A stretch of DNA of 43,870 nt from Escherichia phage AnnaReinhart_Bas75, in the sequence record PQ850596.1, one strand, 5' to 3'. Positions within the stretch are counted from its first letter, which is position 1; each line of letters opens with the position of its first letter. The position numbers were made by a program, and so were the translations under genes. The notes under the pieces were generated by a model. That model did no database searches, had not been told where the DNA came from, and saw nothing but the letters and a program-made list of their open reading frames with translations. This document shows, in pieces, positions 17,482 through 27,260 of the stretch.

Positions 17482-18881
17482 TGAGCGACTTATATTTCCC
17501 ACGTAGCCTTAAGCCAATTGTATCGAAAGGCTACTCAATGACCAGACGTAACAACGTCTGGAGTGTAGATTTAGCTGGTGGCGGTGTACGTCAGGGGCGC
17601 GACACGTATTACGACGTGTTCCCTGTTAGCGTAACCCTGATTACATCCGCAATGGGGCGACAGGCGTTTCTGTCGTTCCTCGAAAAAGTAGACGGCGGTG
17701 CGTCAAGTTTCTGGATGGCGCACGACTTCGGCATGGGTATTCAGGATTACCAGGTAACAATCACGTCAACCATCGCAGAGTCCACCGAAGATGGTATTAA
17801 CTGGACAATTACTTTCACGGCAACCGCCGAGAAATCGCCGTTCCAGGACCTTGAGAACCAGTGCCTGATTAACAATCTGCCAGATTTGTACGGCTGTTAC
17901 GGGGATTGTCTGGGTAGTTTCCTGAAAATATACGCGAACTATGAGACGACGTTCCCTCGCATCTGGAGCAATGAAGGGCCTGCAGGATACCCGCCGATTA
18001 ACATGCTGGCATCTACGCTTGATAGCCGCATTGTTTACGATGGGCCACAGGTTTACTACATCAACCGCAACGGCAATCTTGTGCAGTCCGCCGCTAATGA
18101 ATGGCCTCTTACGTTTATTGATGGGGTTGCTGTCGGGCGTGTGCCGCCGGAAAAGGCGGCTATCAACGTGGTAGAACACTCTAACAACTTACTATCTACA
18201 TCATTTTCACGCACCAGAACAAAAACAACGGCGAGTTCTTTGACGTTATTCCAAGAAACTTACGCCGCTAAATTAACCGCAACGTCGGTATCAGGGAACC
18301 ATTATATAAACCAGGCAGAGTCCCCAGAACAAGAAACAAGATACTCTATTAGTGCTATTATAAAAGCAGATGAGTACCAGTCATCCGCGGTAGCCATCGG
18401 CAACCGAAACGCTTTAGATAATTTCCAGTATGCCTATGTTGACTTAGCCTCTGGCTATTTGATATCAGGCGACACCTCAAGGTCGTTCGTAAGCAATCTT
18501 GGTGGTGGGTGGTATCACGTTTCAATGTCCGCGGACACTAACGACTCCGGCGGATTGATTTATTCGCAGATAAACATGTTGTCGCCGTCTAACTCCCTCA
18601 CCTTCACAGGGGATGATGTCAGCGGGTTCATTATAGCCCTAATCCAGATGGAGCCTTCAGAGTTTGCCTCATCCCCGATAGTAACCGAGGAGTCACCAGT
18701 AACCCGAACGACGGCATCCGCAAAAGTAACCATGAATGGCGCGACAAGCATTGACATTACCTACTCCGACGGCTCCGTGATAAACGTTCAGGCTGTTGAC
18801 GGTTACGCCTCCATACCCCAAGCGGATTCGGCGTGGGGTAGTAAGTACATCACTCGTATTGATTTTAATGTGGACGGTTAA
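17481..18881 (+). CDS. distal tail protein: lambda gpM-like N-terminal domain with ~340-aa C-terminal extension
   Basis: N-terminal region (VSVTLITSAMGRQAFLSFLEKVDGGASSFWMAHD) matches lambda gpM pattern V-TL...FLE..GG..SF-W from memory; rest is Ser/Thr/Asn/Tyr-rich. Confidence 0.5.
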   Translation: MSDLYFPRSLKPIVSKGYSMTRRNNVWSVDLAGGGVRQGRDTYYDVFPVSVTLITSAMGRQAFLSFLEKVDGGASSFWMAHDFGMGIQDYQVTITSTIAESTEDGINWTITFTATAEKSPFQDLENQCLINNLPDLYGCYGDCLGSFLKIYANYETTFPRIWSNEGPAGYPPINMLASTLDSRIVYDGPQVYYINRNGNLVQSAANEWPLTFIDGVAVGRVPPEKAAINVVEHSNNLLSTSFSRTRTKTTASSLTLFQETYAAKLTATSVSGNHYINQAESPEQETRYSISAIIKADEYQSSAVAIGNRNALDNFQYAYVDLASGYLISGDTSRSFVSNLGGGWYHVSMSADTNDSGGLIYSQINMLSPSNSLTFTGDDVSGFIIALIQMEPSEFASSPIVTEESPVTRTTASAKVTMNGATSIDITYSDGSVINVQAVDGYASIPQADSAWGSKYITRIDFNVDG

Positions 18882-18884
18882 TTT

Positions 18885-19400
18885 ATGAGCCAGGAATCAG
18901 TAGAAGCAGCCTATCGCCGTAAGCTGGCCTCAAATCCAGACGGCGAGATGGACTACATCACGTTGCAAATCAGCCACCCGTTGCTGTCAAAGACGTACTA
19001 TCTTGTGCGCGGGCTACAGGAACTTACGGCAACACTGGAGACAGGCGAAACTATCACGTTCGAACCTACCCCGATGGAGGCGTCGGGGGCCGCTAACAAC
19101 AGTGATATGGACCAGACGACTACGTTTACTTTACCGGATATTCTCAATCAACTTGACGATGAGATGGATAAAATCCCTATGAGTAACACCGAGTTGCCGA
19201 AGTTCGTCTTCCGTCGTTACGTCAGCACAGACCTGTCTTATCCGGCTGACGGTCCTGTCATGTATGAGTTGCAGGCCATCAACCAGGAGAAGGGCGAGTT
19301 CTCCGCGGATGTTGGTACACCTATGCTGAACCAGCGAAGCACTGGTATACTGATGACACCTAAAGAGATACCGTTATTACGCGGCCTGTTGACCACATGA
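18885..19400 (+). CDS. putative minor tail protein (171 aa, gpL-position)
   Basis: Gene order after Dit-like gene; no motif recognised. Confidence 0.4.
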   Translation: MSQESVEAAYRRKLASNPDGEMDYITLQISHPLLSKTYYLVRGLQELTATLETGETITFEPTPMEASGAANNSDMDQTTTFTLPDILNQLDDEMDKIPMSNTELPKFVFRRYVSTDLSYPADGPVMYELQAINQEKGEFSADVGTPMLNQRSTGILMTPKEIPLLRGLLTT

Positions 19401-19762
19401 ATATTAACGACTACACGGGCATACCTTACGACTTTCGCAAGCGCAATTGCTGGCATCACGTGCGCATTGTCCGCGCGGATGCCGGGTTAGAAACCCCAGC
19501 GTTCGACGTTGCAAGCCCAACGGCGATTAACGAAGCGTTTGACGAAGGGCATCGCAACACGAAGGGGCTTACAAAAATTGATAAGCCTGAAAACTTCTGT
19601 GCGGTTCTTATGGGGTATCGCCGTGGCGGTCGTATCGTGTGGCACGCGGGAGTTTACTTCGACGGGATGGTGAGTCATTGCGAGCTTGCGTCCCGTCAGG
19701 TACGGCTTGACAGGCTGGCGGATCTCAGAGACACGTACACGGAGATTGAATTTTGGCGATAA
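19397..19762 (+). CDS. putative tail assembly protein with Cys/His pair (possible NlpC/P60-like, gpK-position)
   Basis: 121 aa; conserved-looking Cys (RNCWHHV) and His (WHAGVY); position equivalent to lambda K. Tentative. Confidence 0.35.
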   Translation: MNINDYTGIPYDFRKRNCWHHVRIVRADAGLETPAFDVASPTAINEAFDEGHRNTKGLTKIDKPENFCAVLMGYRRGGRIVWHAGVYFDGMVSHCELASRQVRLDRLADLRDTYTEIEFWR

Positions 19763-22320
19763 TCCTGCACTACACGCGAAACGCTGATGGCGCTTTCAAC
19801 CGTACAAAACACGTCGGGATGCCGATGGAGTTTGTCGTTAACCGTATCCCGGACGGCGTTCCGGTACGCGTCTATCTTGGCGAGATTGGTGATGATACTG
19901 ATGTTACAGACGACTTCGACGCGCTCAAAGACGAGGACGCCGTGTACCACATTATTGAGGGCGCTGGCGGCGGCATTGGCGACGCCATCGGGAGTGTATT
20001 CAGTTTCATCCTTAAGCCAATCGCCAAATTGTTCGGGCTAAACACAGCGGCTAACGCTAATTATTCCGCTACCAACAATCAGGCTACGTCGCCTAACAAC
20101 AGTCTCACCGACCGCTCAAACAAGCCACGACCTTATGAGCGTTCCTATGATATCTGCGGGACAGTGCAGACCATCCCCAATGACCTGATGCAGACATATA
20201 AGGTGTTTAATGCCGCGGGTGCGCTTATTGAATATGCGTACTATGACGCCGGTCGAGGGTATCTGCATATTGAGGAAGACGGTGTAACTGAGGCAGATAC
20301 CCGAATCAGCGAGATAACTGGCTCGTCGGTGACGGTGTATTCTCCTTACACTTCGCCGAATAACACCAGCACACCACAATTGCATATCGGCGACCCTATA
20401 GACCAGAAATTGTACGTTACATTTAAAAACGCCGATGTCGATGGCGCTGTTCTTCCCGCCCCTAATGATATCGCTATAGACGTGCAGGACTACACTGTCC
20501 AGCGGCAGGGAACAACCGGCGTTGTGGTAGGCGATGACGCTGGTTTCGATGAGTTTTTGGCGGTCGGGGACCTGGCATACTTCGATAACGTATATGCAGA
20601 TACAACCCCAGGGTCTTTGGGTAATGAGGTTAACCTGGACGGGAGGTACACGGTTCTTTCGGTTAGTGAAACCACCCTTATTGTGGACGTCAGTACAAAT
20701 CAATCAGTATGGAACCAGCTAGGGGCGTCTGTGTGGTTTATAGGTGAAGAGGGTAACCATCTTATAGGCCCGGCGGACACTTACGCGGCTTCTCTCTCTG
20801 AATGGGCGTACATCACCCGCGGTACTGTCGACCGTGTTGTAGCCAATGTCGCCGCCAGCAACGGCATGTATAAATACAACGGCGACTATAACCGCGCTTC
20901 AGTGACAGTCGAACTGCAATACCAGATGGTAGATGAATTGAAACAGCCTGTAGGTGACATATTTACCGTACGAGGAACCGTAACAGGCCGGAACACGGAT
21001 TACACAGGGATTACTCTTTACGGAAGTTTACCAACTGCTTCCAGATTCCGCGCCCGTATGCGTCGTGTTTCGGACACCGATAAAGATTTTGAAGGTACTG
21101 TTAGCGACGAGGTTACTTTCACTAATCTGTATGGGCAGTCGCTGGACACAACCCCCCACTACGGCAACCGTACTACCGTACACTGCGCCCGTAAACAAAC
21201 CCCACGTGCAGCCGAGGTGTCCGAACCGGAACTGCGCATGATTGCGACCGAGATGTGCTACAAATACTTAGGTAACGGCGTATTCGATACGGTAATGACA
21301 CCGAACACTCAGGCCGTGCAGTCGCTAATCAGGCTGGCGCGTGACCCTGTGGTGGGTAATCTGGACCTGACAACGGCAAACATGGACAAGTTACTTGCTG
21401 TGCAGGAAGAGATTGAGTCATATTTCGGAAGTGAATTAGCGGGGCAGTTCTGCTACACGTTCGACGACTACGACACCACAATGCAGGACATTGTTCAGAC
21501 TATAGCTGAAGCCGTGTTCTGTACTGCGTACCGTAAAGGCGCGGATATTATGTTGCGCTTCGACCGTCCTGTCGCGGGGCCTGAAATGGTGTTCACCCAC
21601 CGCAGTAAGACGACCGGTACGGAGAAATGGACCCGCACATTCAACGATTCGACTACCTACGATAGCCTTTCGTTCTCGTACATCGACCCGGATACTAACG
21701 TACAGGAAACTATTTATATCCCGGAAGAACTCGGTGCAAACACTGAGGAATACGAATCGAAGGGCGTGCGCAACTACCAGCAGGCGTACTGGCTTGCGTG
21801 GCGTCGATATCAGCGCAATGCGTTAAGTAAAGTTGTCGTAGAGTTCGAAGCTACCGAAGAAGGCGCTCTAGCTACTCCCGGCGGCGTAATCAGCGTGGTT
21901 AAAGGCTCCCGCATCGCGCCGCAGGATGGTTATGTTGTCGCCGTTAATGGGCTTACGCTTACGCTGTCGCAGCCGGTTACGTTTACTCCTGGTGATGACC
22001 ATTCCATCATTCTTAAGAAGCGCGACGGCTCTGTGCAGAGTATTTCTGTTATCAAAGGAAGCCACGACCGCGAAGTGATTATGCTCTCCGCGCCGGAGGA
22101 GGCAATCTACACGGGGAATAGTGCGCTAAAAACTGAGTTTTCATTCGGCAACGAAGCAAGGCATAATGCTCAGAAGATAGTTGTTTCTTCAATCGACCCC
22201 GGCGACGACCGCACGGTCAAGATTACGGGCTACAACTATGATGACGGATTCTATAAATACGACGGCGTCGCGCCATACGGCAGCGGTTTCTCCGACGGAT
22301 TCAGCAATGGTTTTAATTAA
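19753..22320 (+). CDS. tail tip / central fiber protein (gpJ-like host specificity protein)
   Basis: 855-aa ORF after K-like gene; listed ORF opens at TTG 19753, alternative ATG at 19819. Confidence 0.55.
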   Translation: MAIILHYTRNADGAFNRTKHVGMPMEFVVNRIPDGVPVRVYLGEIGDDTDVTDDFDALKDEDAVYHIIEGAGGGIGDAIGSVFSFILKPIAKLFGLNTAANANYSATNNQATSPNNSLTDRSNKPRPYERSYDICGTVQTIPNDLMQTYKVFNAAGALIEYAYYDAGRGYLHIEEDGVTEADTRISEITGSSVTVYSPYTSPNNTSTPQLHIGDPIDQKLYVTFKNADVDGAVLPAPNDIAIDVQDYTVQRQGTTGVVVGDDAGFDEFLAVGDLAYFDNVYADTTPGSLGNEVNLDGRYTVLSVSETTLIVDVSTNQSVWNQLGASVWFIGEEGNHLIGPADTYAASLSEWAYITRGTVDRVVANVAASNGMYKYNGDYNRASVTVELQYQMVDELKQPVGDIFTVRGTVTGRNTDYTGITLYGSLPTASRFRARMRRVSDTDKDFEGTVSDEVTFTNLYGQSLDTTPHYGNRTTVHCARKQTPRAAEVSEPELRMIATEMCYKYLGNGVFDTVMTPNTQAVQSLIRLARDPVVGNLDLTTANMDKLLAVQEEIESYFGSELAGQFCYTFDDYDTTMQDIVQTIAEAVFCTAYRKGADIMLRFDRPVAGPEMVFTHRSKTTGTEKWTRTFNDSTTYDSLSFSYIDPDTNVQETIYIPEELGANTEEYESKGVRNYQQAYWLAWRRYQRNALSKVVVEFEATEEGALATPGGVISVVKGSRIAPQDGYVVAVNGLTLTLSQPVTFTPGDDHSIILKKRDGSVQSISVIKGSHDREVIMLSAPEEAIYTGNSALKTEFSFGNEARHNAQKIVVSSIDPGDDRTVKITGYNYDDGFYKYDGVAPYGSGFSDGFSNGFN

Positions 22321-22332
22321 AGAGGACTCTAT

Positions 22333-24513
22333 ATGTCAAGCGGATGCGGTGACGTTTTAAGCCTGGTGGATTTACAAACCGCCAAGAAACACCAGATTTT
22401 CGAGGCCGAGGTTATCACCGGTAAAGCTGGCGGTGTAGCTACGGGTGCTGATATTGATTACGCAACTAATCAGGTTACGGGACAGACACAGAAGACGTTG
22501 CCAGCCGTGTTGCGTGACGCCGGGTTCAGACCTGCGCCATTCACATTCGAAACAGGTGGGACTTTGGGCGTTAACGACGCTGACCTGGCGGTGTTGTGGC
22601 CAGGGCCATCAGGCGACGGCAACTATTATGCATGGAAAGGTGCCCTGCCAAAAACCATCCCGGCATCCTCAACGCCAGCATCTACGGGCGGAGTAGGCCA
22701 GACCGCATGGGTTGCCGTTAGTGAAGCTGCATTGCGCCGTGATTTGGCCCTAAGCACTGGCGCAGGGTTAGTTGGGACAACATCCGGCAGGACCGTACAG
22801 GCAGAGTTTGACTACCGCAAGACTCAAGCAGCAAAAACAGAGATAAACATACTTGACTACCTTCCAGCTAACGTGATCGCAGCTCTAAACGATGTTAACG
22901 CGTCAAAAGCACTAGGAAGCGTAAGGACATACATTGAGCAGGCTTTAGCGGCAGCAACTAGCGAGAATATCGGTACTGGGGTTACTTTACGTTTCCCGGC
23001 TGGGTTCTTTTGGCTTGATTCTACTCTTAACCTTCCAAAAAGGACGCGTATTGTTGGGGTCTACCCAGAAACATACTTTATGGCTCTCCCTGACTTTACT
23101 GGCACTAACGTAATTGCCGGTTCCACAGGACCCGCTATAGTCGCTATTGATAACACAGGACAAGACCCGTTTTATATTGAAGGTTTCCAGATAAACGCAG
23201 ATGGTTCCCAGCCGAATGTGGTTGGGCTGCACATTGGCGGCTGCCGTAATTCCGTCGTCCGTCGGATATCTGTATCTGGAACCTTCGATGCTGCTGTTGT
23301 TATCCACCCTAAAAACGCAACATCTGGAGACGTGGAGAACCTGGAATTAAGCCACGTATGGACATTAGGCGGTGGGCTTGTGCTCAGGACTAATACAGAT
23401 ATCGACCGTGGAAATTTAACAGGCCTGTCATTCCGGGATTGTATGTTTTTCAGCACAATCGGCAACAACCCTTCATGGGCGACATCTGGCAACCCTAGTA
23501 TCAGGTTCTCCTGCCATGTAGACCGACAGATTTTTGCATGTACATTCGACCGTGTAGGATGGGCGAGTCGCGCAACATACGCCATCTATTCAGAAAGCCT
23601 AGCCGGAAATAGTGCATCTGATGTCAAGGGCTTCCGCGATATTCATTTTACAGATTTCCACGGAGAAGCCCACAATGCCGATGGGTCATTAACAGCGGAC
23701 TGTACTTTTGCCCTTCTTGCGAATATGCGTAACAGTACATTTACTAATATCCAACGCTCCGGCGCTGTGACTCGCGGCGGCATTATCATGGATGGGTGCG
23801 AATACGTAACATTCAACTCAGTATCATTTGCGGACCCTAATATCACAACAGGAACAACGACACCTTGTTGCGTATACCAGAACTCCACCAACAGATTTAA
23901 TAGATTTATTAACTGTGACTTAACAGATGCAACCGGGAGCATGTTTGATTTAGCCGGTTGGACCGTGTCATCCAGTGTAATGTATTATTTTAAGGGTCTT
24001 TTTTGGGACGATAGTGGGACAAGTACCTGGGAGAGTGAACAAATGTCTTCAAAACCATTTGTTCTTTTTAAAAGGTCTGCGCTTAACGCCAATAACGGTT
24101 CTGCTTACCCGCAGGAATCAGGCGTAACTATGGCTACTTCTGGTGATAATCTACAGGTTACCTTTGCACGAGACGCTACCACAAAAACATTCACAATACC
24201 AATCACAACTACAAACGCTGTTTTCAACAACCACGACCGTGTTTATGTCCTATTCCGTCATCAGTTCACTAGCTATGGCACTGGCACAGTTGTAAAAATA
24301 GGGCTTGGAACATCCTATGTGACTATCTCACCTCAGACAGGGAACGATTATTTTGCGGCTATTAGCTTAGCACGTAGCCAGGCTACTAGTTTTAATATAC
24401 AAGTAACCTATAGCGGGGCCTCAGCTGACTGCGGAATATTAATTAGGGATTTAATTATTTCTGACAGGATGCCGTGGGTGCCGAACTTCACCAAAGCATT
24501 ACTTTGCGATTAA
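22333..24513 (+). CDS. tailspike / receptor-binding protein with probable beta-helix polysaccharide depolymerase domain
   Basis: 726 aa; N-terminal segment typical of tail-fibre anchor domains; central/C-terminal region shows repetitive Gly/Asn/Ser/Thr-rich pattern of beta-helix enzymes; last structural gene; GC drops in the 3' part. Confidence 0.55.
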   Translation: MSSGCGDVLSLVDLQTAKKHQIFEAEVITGKAGGVATGADIDYATNQVTGQTQKTLPAVLRDAGFRPAPFTFETGGTLGVNDADLAVLWPGPSGDGNYYAWKGALPKTIPASSTPASTGGVGQTAWVAVSEAALRRDLALSTGAGLVGTTSGRTVQAEFDYRKTQAAKTEINILDYLPANVIAALNDVNASKALGSVRTYIEQALAAATSENIGTGVTLRFPAGFFWLDSTLNLPKRTRIVGVYPETYFMALPDFTGTNVIAGSTGPAIVAIDNTGQDPFYIEGFQINADGSQPNVVGLHIGGCRNSVVRRISVSGTFDAAVVIHPKNATSGDVENLELSHVWTLGGGLVLRTNTDIDRGNLTGLSFRDCMFFSTIGNNPSWATSGNPSIRFSCHVDRQIFACTFDRVGWASRATYAIYSESLAGNSASDVKGFRDIHFTDFHGEAHNADGSLTADCTFALLANMRNSTFTNIQRSGAVTRGGIIMDGCEYVTFNSVSFADPNITTGTTTPCCVYQNSTNRFNRFINCDLTDATGSMFDLAGWTVSSSVMYYFKGLFWDDSGTSTWESEQMSSKPFVLFKRSALNANNGSAYPQESGVTMATSGDNLQVTFARDATTKTFTIPITTTNAVFNNHDRVYVLFRHQFTSYGTGTVVKIGLGTSYVTISPQTGNDYFAAISLARSQATSFNIQVTYSGASADCGILIRDLIISDRMPWVPNFTKALLCD

Positions 24514-24517
24514 AACT

Positions 24518-24540
24518 AAGGCCCCAAACGGGGCCTTTTC
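24518..24540. terminator. bidirectional terminator AAGGCCCC-aaac-GGGGCCTT
   Basis: Between convergent tailspike (+) and minus-strand replication-module genes; same stem as 4882 and 12461. Confidence 0.7.
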
Positions 24541-24541
24541 T

Positions 24542-24679
24542 CTATGCTTCTGATAACTTCTCCAGTACAAACGCCAGTTGCGCATTCGCCGTGTCTCTTT
24601 GCTGCCGTAGTCGCAGAACCTCTTCTTCGAGTTCCTTGATACGTTTTTGCAATGCTGGAATCGGGGCTATGATGTTCAT
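24542..24679 (-). CDS. hypothetical small coiled-coil protein (45 aa; unlisted)
   Basis: ATG at 24679 overlapping stop of upstream gene; Leu/Glu/Arg-rich helical sequence. Confidence 0.3.
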   Translation of the reverse strand: MNIIAPIPALQKRIKELEEEVLRLRQQRDTANAQLAFVLEKLSEA

Positions 24680-24861
24680 TTCTTACCTTCGCTTTTCTTG
24701 AAGCTGCGCTTTACGTCCGGCAGCGTGTAACATCGTGACTTTTCATATTTACCGTTCGAGCTTACTAAAACAAAGCTGTTGCCGTCTTTTGATATGTACT
24801 CGATGGTGAAAGTATTGAATGAGCGTATGCTGTATATTTCATCACCAACATTAAGTTTCAT
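24676..24861 (-). CDS. hypothetical protein (61 aa)
   Basis: Start overlaps stop of helicase gene (translational coupling). Confidence 0.45.
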   Translation of the reverse strand: MKLNVGDEIYSIRSFNTFTIEYISKDGNSFVLVSSNGKYEKSRCYTLPDVKRSFKKSEGKK

Positions 24862-26282
24862 TTCTTACCTCGTCTCTTCATGTAATTAAGCAATTCTTCC
24901 TGCACCGATTTCTTCTCGTCCGTACGCGCAGCGACAACCTCGTCCAGTGTGTTTTTAGCAACGATATGATAGAGGAACACCGGGCGCTCGTGGCCTGCCT
25001 GTTTCTGGCGGACCGGGCCTATTCGTTCGACAACCTGCAAATAGTGCTCAAGGTTCCAGCCTTGCGAGATGAATGCCAGATGGTGTCCGCCGTCCTGTAA
25101 ATTCAAACCATGACCGGCTGATGCGGGATGCACGCATAAGATTTCTATTTCACCCCGGTTCCACGCCTCCATCTGCTTATTACCCTTCGCGCCTTTGGCA
25201 AACGCCTGTGCTTGCGGGAATCGCTTAAGGATGCGCTCCAGTTCGTGCTTGAACTGATAGGCCACCAGTAACGGTGCCCCCTGTAACTCCTCAACAATGG
25301 ACTCGAGCGCATCAAGTTTCGTGTCGTGCACTTTCTCCCATTCTTTGGTTGCTTCGCCGTCTTCGCCCGTCACATACACGGCACCGGAAGCAATCTGCAA
25401 GCACTTAGCCGTTTTAGCGGCAGCGTTGGCAGCCTGCACCTCCCCACTCTCCAGTTCCGCGATTAACTTTTTCTCCATGTCGTCGTACGCCTGACGCGCT
25501 TTCTTCGGCAGGTCTATTTCGACCGGTACGATAATCGGCGCTTCACAACCAAACCACTCGGCAGGGTCTATGGTCAGGCTGATGTCTTTCATCTTCTGAT
25601 GAATCTCATTATCCGCACCCGGTCGTGCATGATACTCGCGGGCCATAGCCGATTTACCTTTCTGTACCGAGTTAAACCAGCGGTCGGTGAATGCTGTGTA
25701 CGAAGAGCCGAGGCGCTCGCCAGCGTCGATAAACCAGTTCTGACCCCACAAGTCTTTGAGGCCGTTTGGTGACGGTGTGCCTGTCAGGTTGATGAAACGC
25801 TTAACCTTTCCGAACGCAACCTTGCTGAGCGCCTTTGCCCGCTTGCTACCACCCGAACGGCTGCGGAACGATTTAAGCTTCGTGCTTTCATCGGCAACGA
25901 TAACCGTAAAAGGCCAGTCGTCTTTGCCGTAGTAGTCAATTAGCCACTCGATAACTTCGTAGTTAGTGCACACCACGTTAGCATCTGACTCCAGCGCTGC
26001 GATGCGGCGCTTCTCCGAACCAGTTGCATCTACGACACGCAGACAAGGGAATTGCCATTTCTCTTGTTCAGCGGGCCACGTACCGGACGCAACACGTAAC
26101 GGGGCAAGGATTAACACGCGGTCCTCTTCCGTAAGCTGCCCGTTGCGGAACAGGCGGTTGAGCACCCACATAGTGGAGGAGGTTTTACCTCCCCCCATTC
26201 CGCACCAGATATTACAGCGCGGGTGTTGCAGCATGAACGAAGTCATTAGCTTCTGGTACTCACGCCTTTGAAACTTACTCAT
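24858..26282 (-). CDS. SNF2-family DNA helicase
   Basis: 474 aa; Walker A GMGGGKTSS, DEST (DExx) box, C-terminal helicase region (HPASAGHGLNLQDGGHHLAF). Confidence 0.75.
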   Translation of the reverse strand: MSKFQRREYQKLMTSFMLQHPRCNIWCGMGGGKTSSTMWVLNRLFRNGQLTEEDRVLILAPLRVASGTWPAEQEKWQFPCLRVVDATGSEKRRIAALESDANVVCTNYEVIEWLIDYYGKDDWPFTVIVADESTKLKSFRSRSGGSKRAKALSKVAFGKVKRFINLTGTPSPNGLKDLWGQNWFIDAGERLGSSYTAFTDRWFNSVQKGKSAMAREYHARPGADNEIHQKMKDISLTIDPAEWFGCEAPIIVPVEIDLPKKARQAYDDMEKKLIAELESGEVQAANAAAKTAKCLQIASGAVYVTGEDGEATKEWEKVHDTKLDALESIVEELQGAPLLVAYQFKHELERILKRFPQAQAFAKGAKGNKQMEAWNRGEIEILCVHPASAGHGLNLQDGGHHLAFISQGWNLEHYLQVVERIGPVRQKQAGHERPVFLYHIVAKNTLDEVVAARTDEKKSVQEELLNYMKRRGKK

Positions 26283-27072
26283 TTACTGCCCCCATGAACG
26301 CCTTTATAAATTCAGCGGCTACTTGCGGGACGATGGCATTGCCATAACCGCGCAATCGTCCCACTCTTGCGGATACCCCATGAGTTGCCTCGCAAAATCC
26401 GCCTGGTATGACTCTAGTTTCCTTATCTGCTCCATGGTTGGGTTTCCATGAATCCCATAAACATGAAGCCACATCTGGCGATAAAGAGTATCGTTCCTGA
26501 ATTTTCCGTCCTTTCTGTAAAATGTCTTGCTGAGATCCCCGTAATCCTTCCATCCTCGCGCCGTTGGTGTCGCCCATCCTCGCGCCAAAGATGATTCTTT
26601 TCCTTTCCTGTGGAGAGCCGACGCTGCAAGCTGGCAATACTGACGCCCCGCAGGCGTAGCCTTTGTCTTCCAGGTTAAGGAATACAAAATCGAGCCAGTG
26701 CTTCCCAATTGCTGCTGCAACCTGCTCTCCAAACAGCAATTCAGGCTTGCACTCTCTGATGAGCCTGAGAAATGCTGGGGCAAGGTGTCGATCGTCGTCA
26801 AATCCGAGAGACTTACCGGCAACGCTAAACGGCTGGCAAGGTGGTGATCCTGTCCAGAGTCGAGTGCTTTCTGGTATTCCTGCCAGCTGGAGTGCAAGGG
26901 GCCACCCTCCGATTCCGGCAAAGAAGTGACACTGTGTAAATCCTTCCAGGTCTGAAGGGGTGACTTCGGTGATTGATCGTTCATCGACATATCCGTAAGG
27001 AATTAGTTTATTGTTAATTAATTCACGCAGCCACGCGGCTGCGCCTTTATCCCATTCGTTGTAATAGTTCAT
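26275..27072 (-). CDS. DNA (cytosine-5)-methyltransferase
   Basis: 265 aa; motif I FAGIGG and motif IV PPCQPFSVAGK (catalytic Pro-Cys), plus FGEQV (ENV-like). Confidence 0.75.
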   Translation of the reverse strand: MNYYNEWDKGAAAWLRELINNKLIPYGYVDERSITEVTPSDLEGFTQCHFFAGIGGWPLALQLAGIPESTRLWTGSPPCQPFSVAGKSLGFDDDRHLAPAFLRLIRECKPELLFGEQVAAAIGKHWLDFVFLNLEDKGYACGASVLPACSVGSPQERKRIIFGARMGDTNGARMEGLRGSQQDILQKGRKIQERYSLSPDVASCLWDSWKPNHGADKETRVIPGGFCEATHGVSARVGRLRGYGNAIVPQVAAEFIKAFMGAVNE

Positions 27073-27260
27073 TTCGCCACCAGCACCAGCTCTTTACGCC
27101 CGAACGCCGTAACGTTACCCGTTACATCTTCGATAACCAGTTTACCGTTCGACTCGACGAACACCATATCAACGGCAACAGGACGACGGGTCTTAACGTT
27201 GAAAATCATGTCACCCGGTACGATGTCACGTGCTGGTTTGCGGTCGTATTCGTGTTTCAT
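27069..27260 (-). CDS. hypothetical protein (63 aa)
   Basis: Downstream of promoter 27295..27323; start overlaps VRR-NUC 3' end. Confidence 0.5.
   Translation of the reverse strand: MKHEYDRKPARDIVPGDMIFNVKTRRPVAVDMVFVESNGKLVIEDVTGNVTAFGRKELVLVAK

Noticed and set aside
26319-26990. 223-aa minus-strand ORF in an alternative frame of the methyltransferase gene
   Set aside because: Overlaps the frame that carries the FAGIGG and PCQ methyltransferase motifs; no independent start signal.
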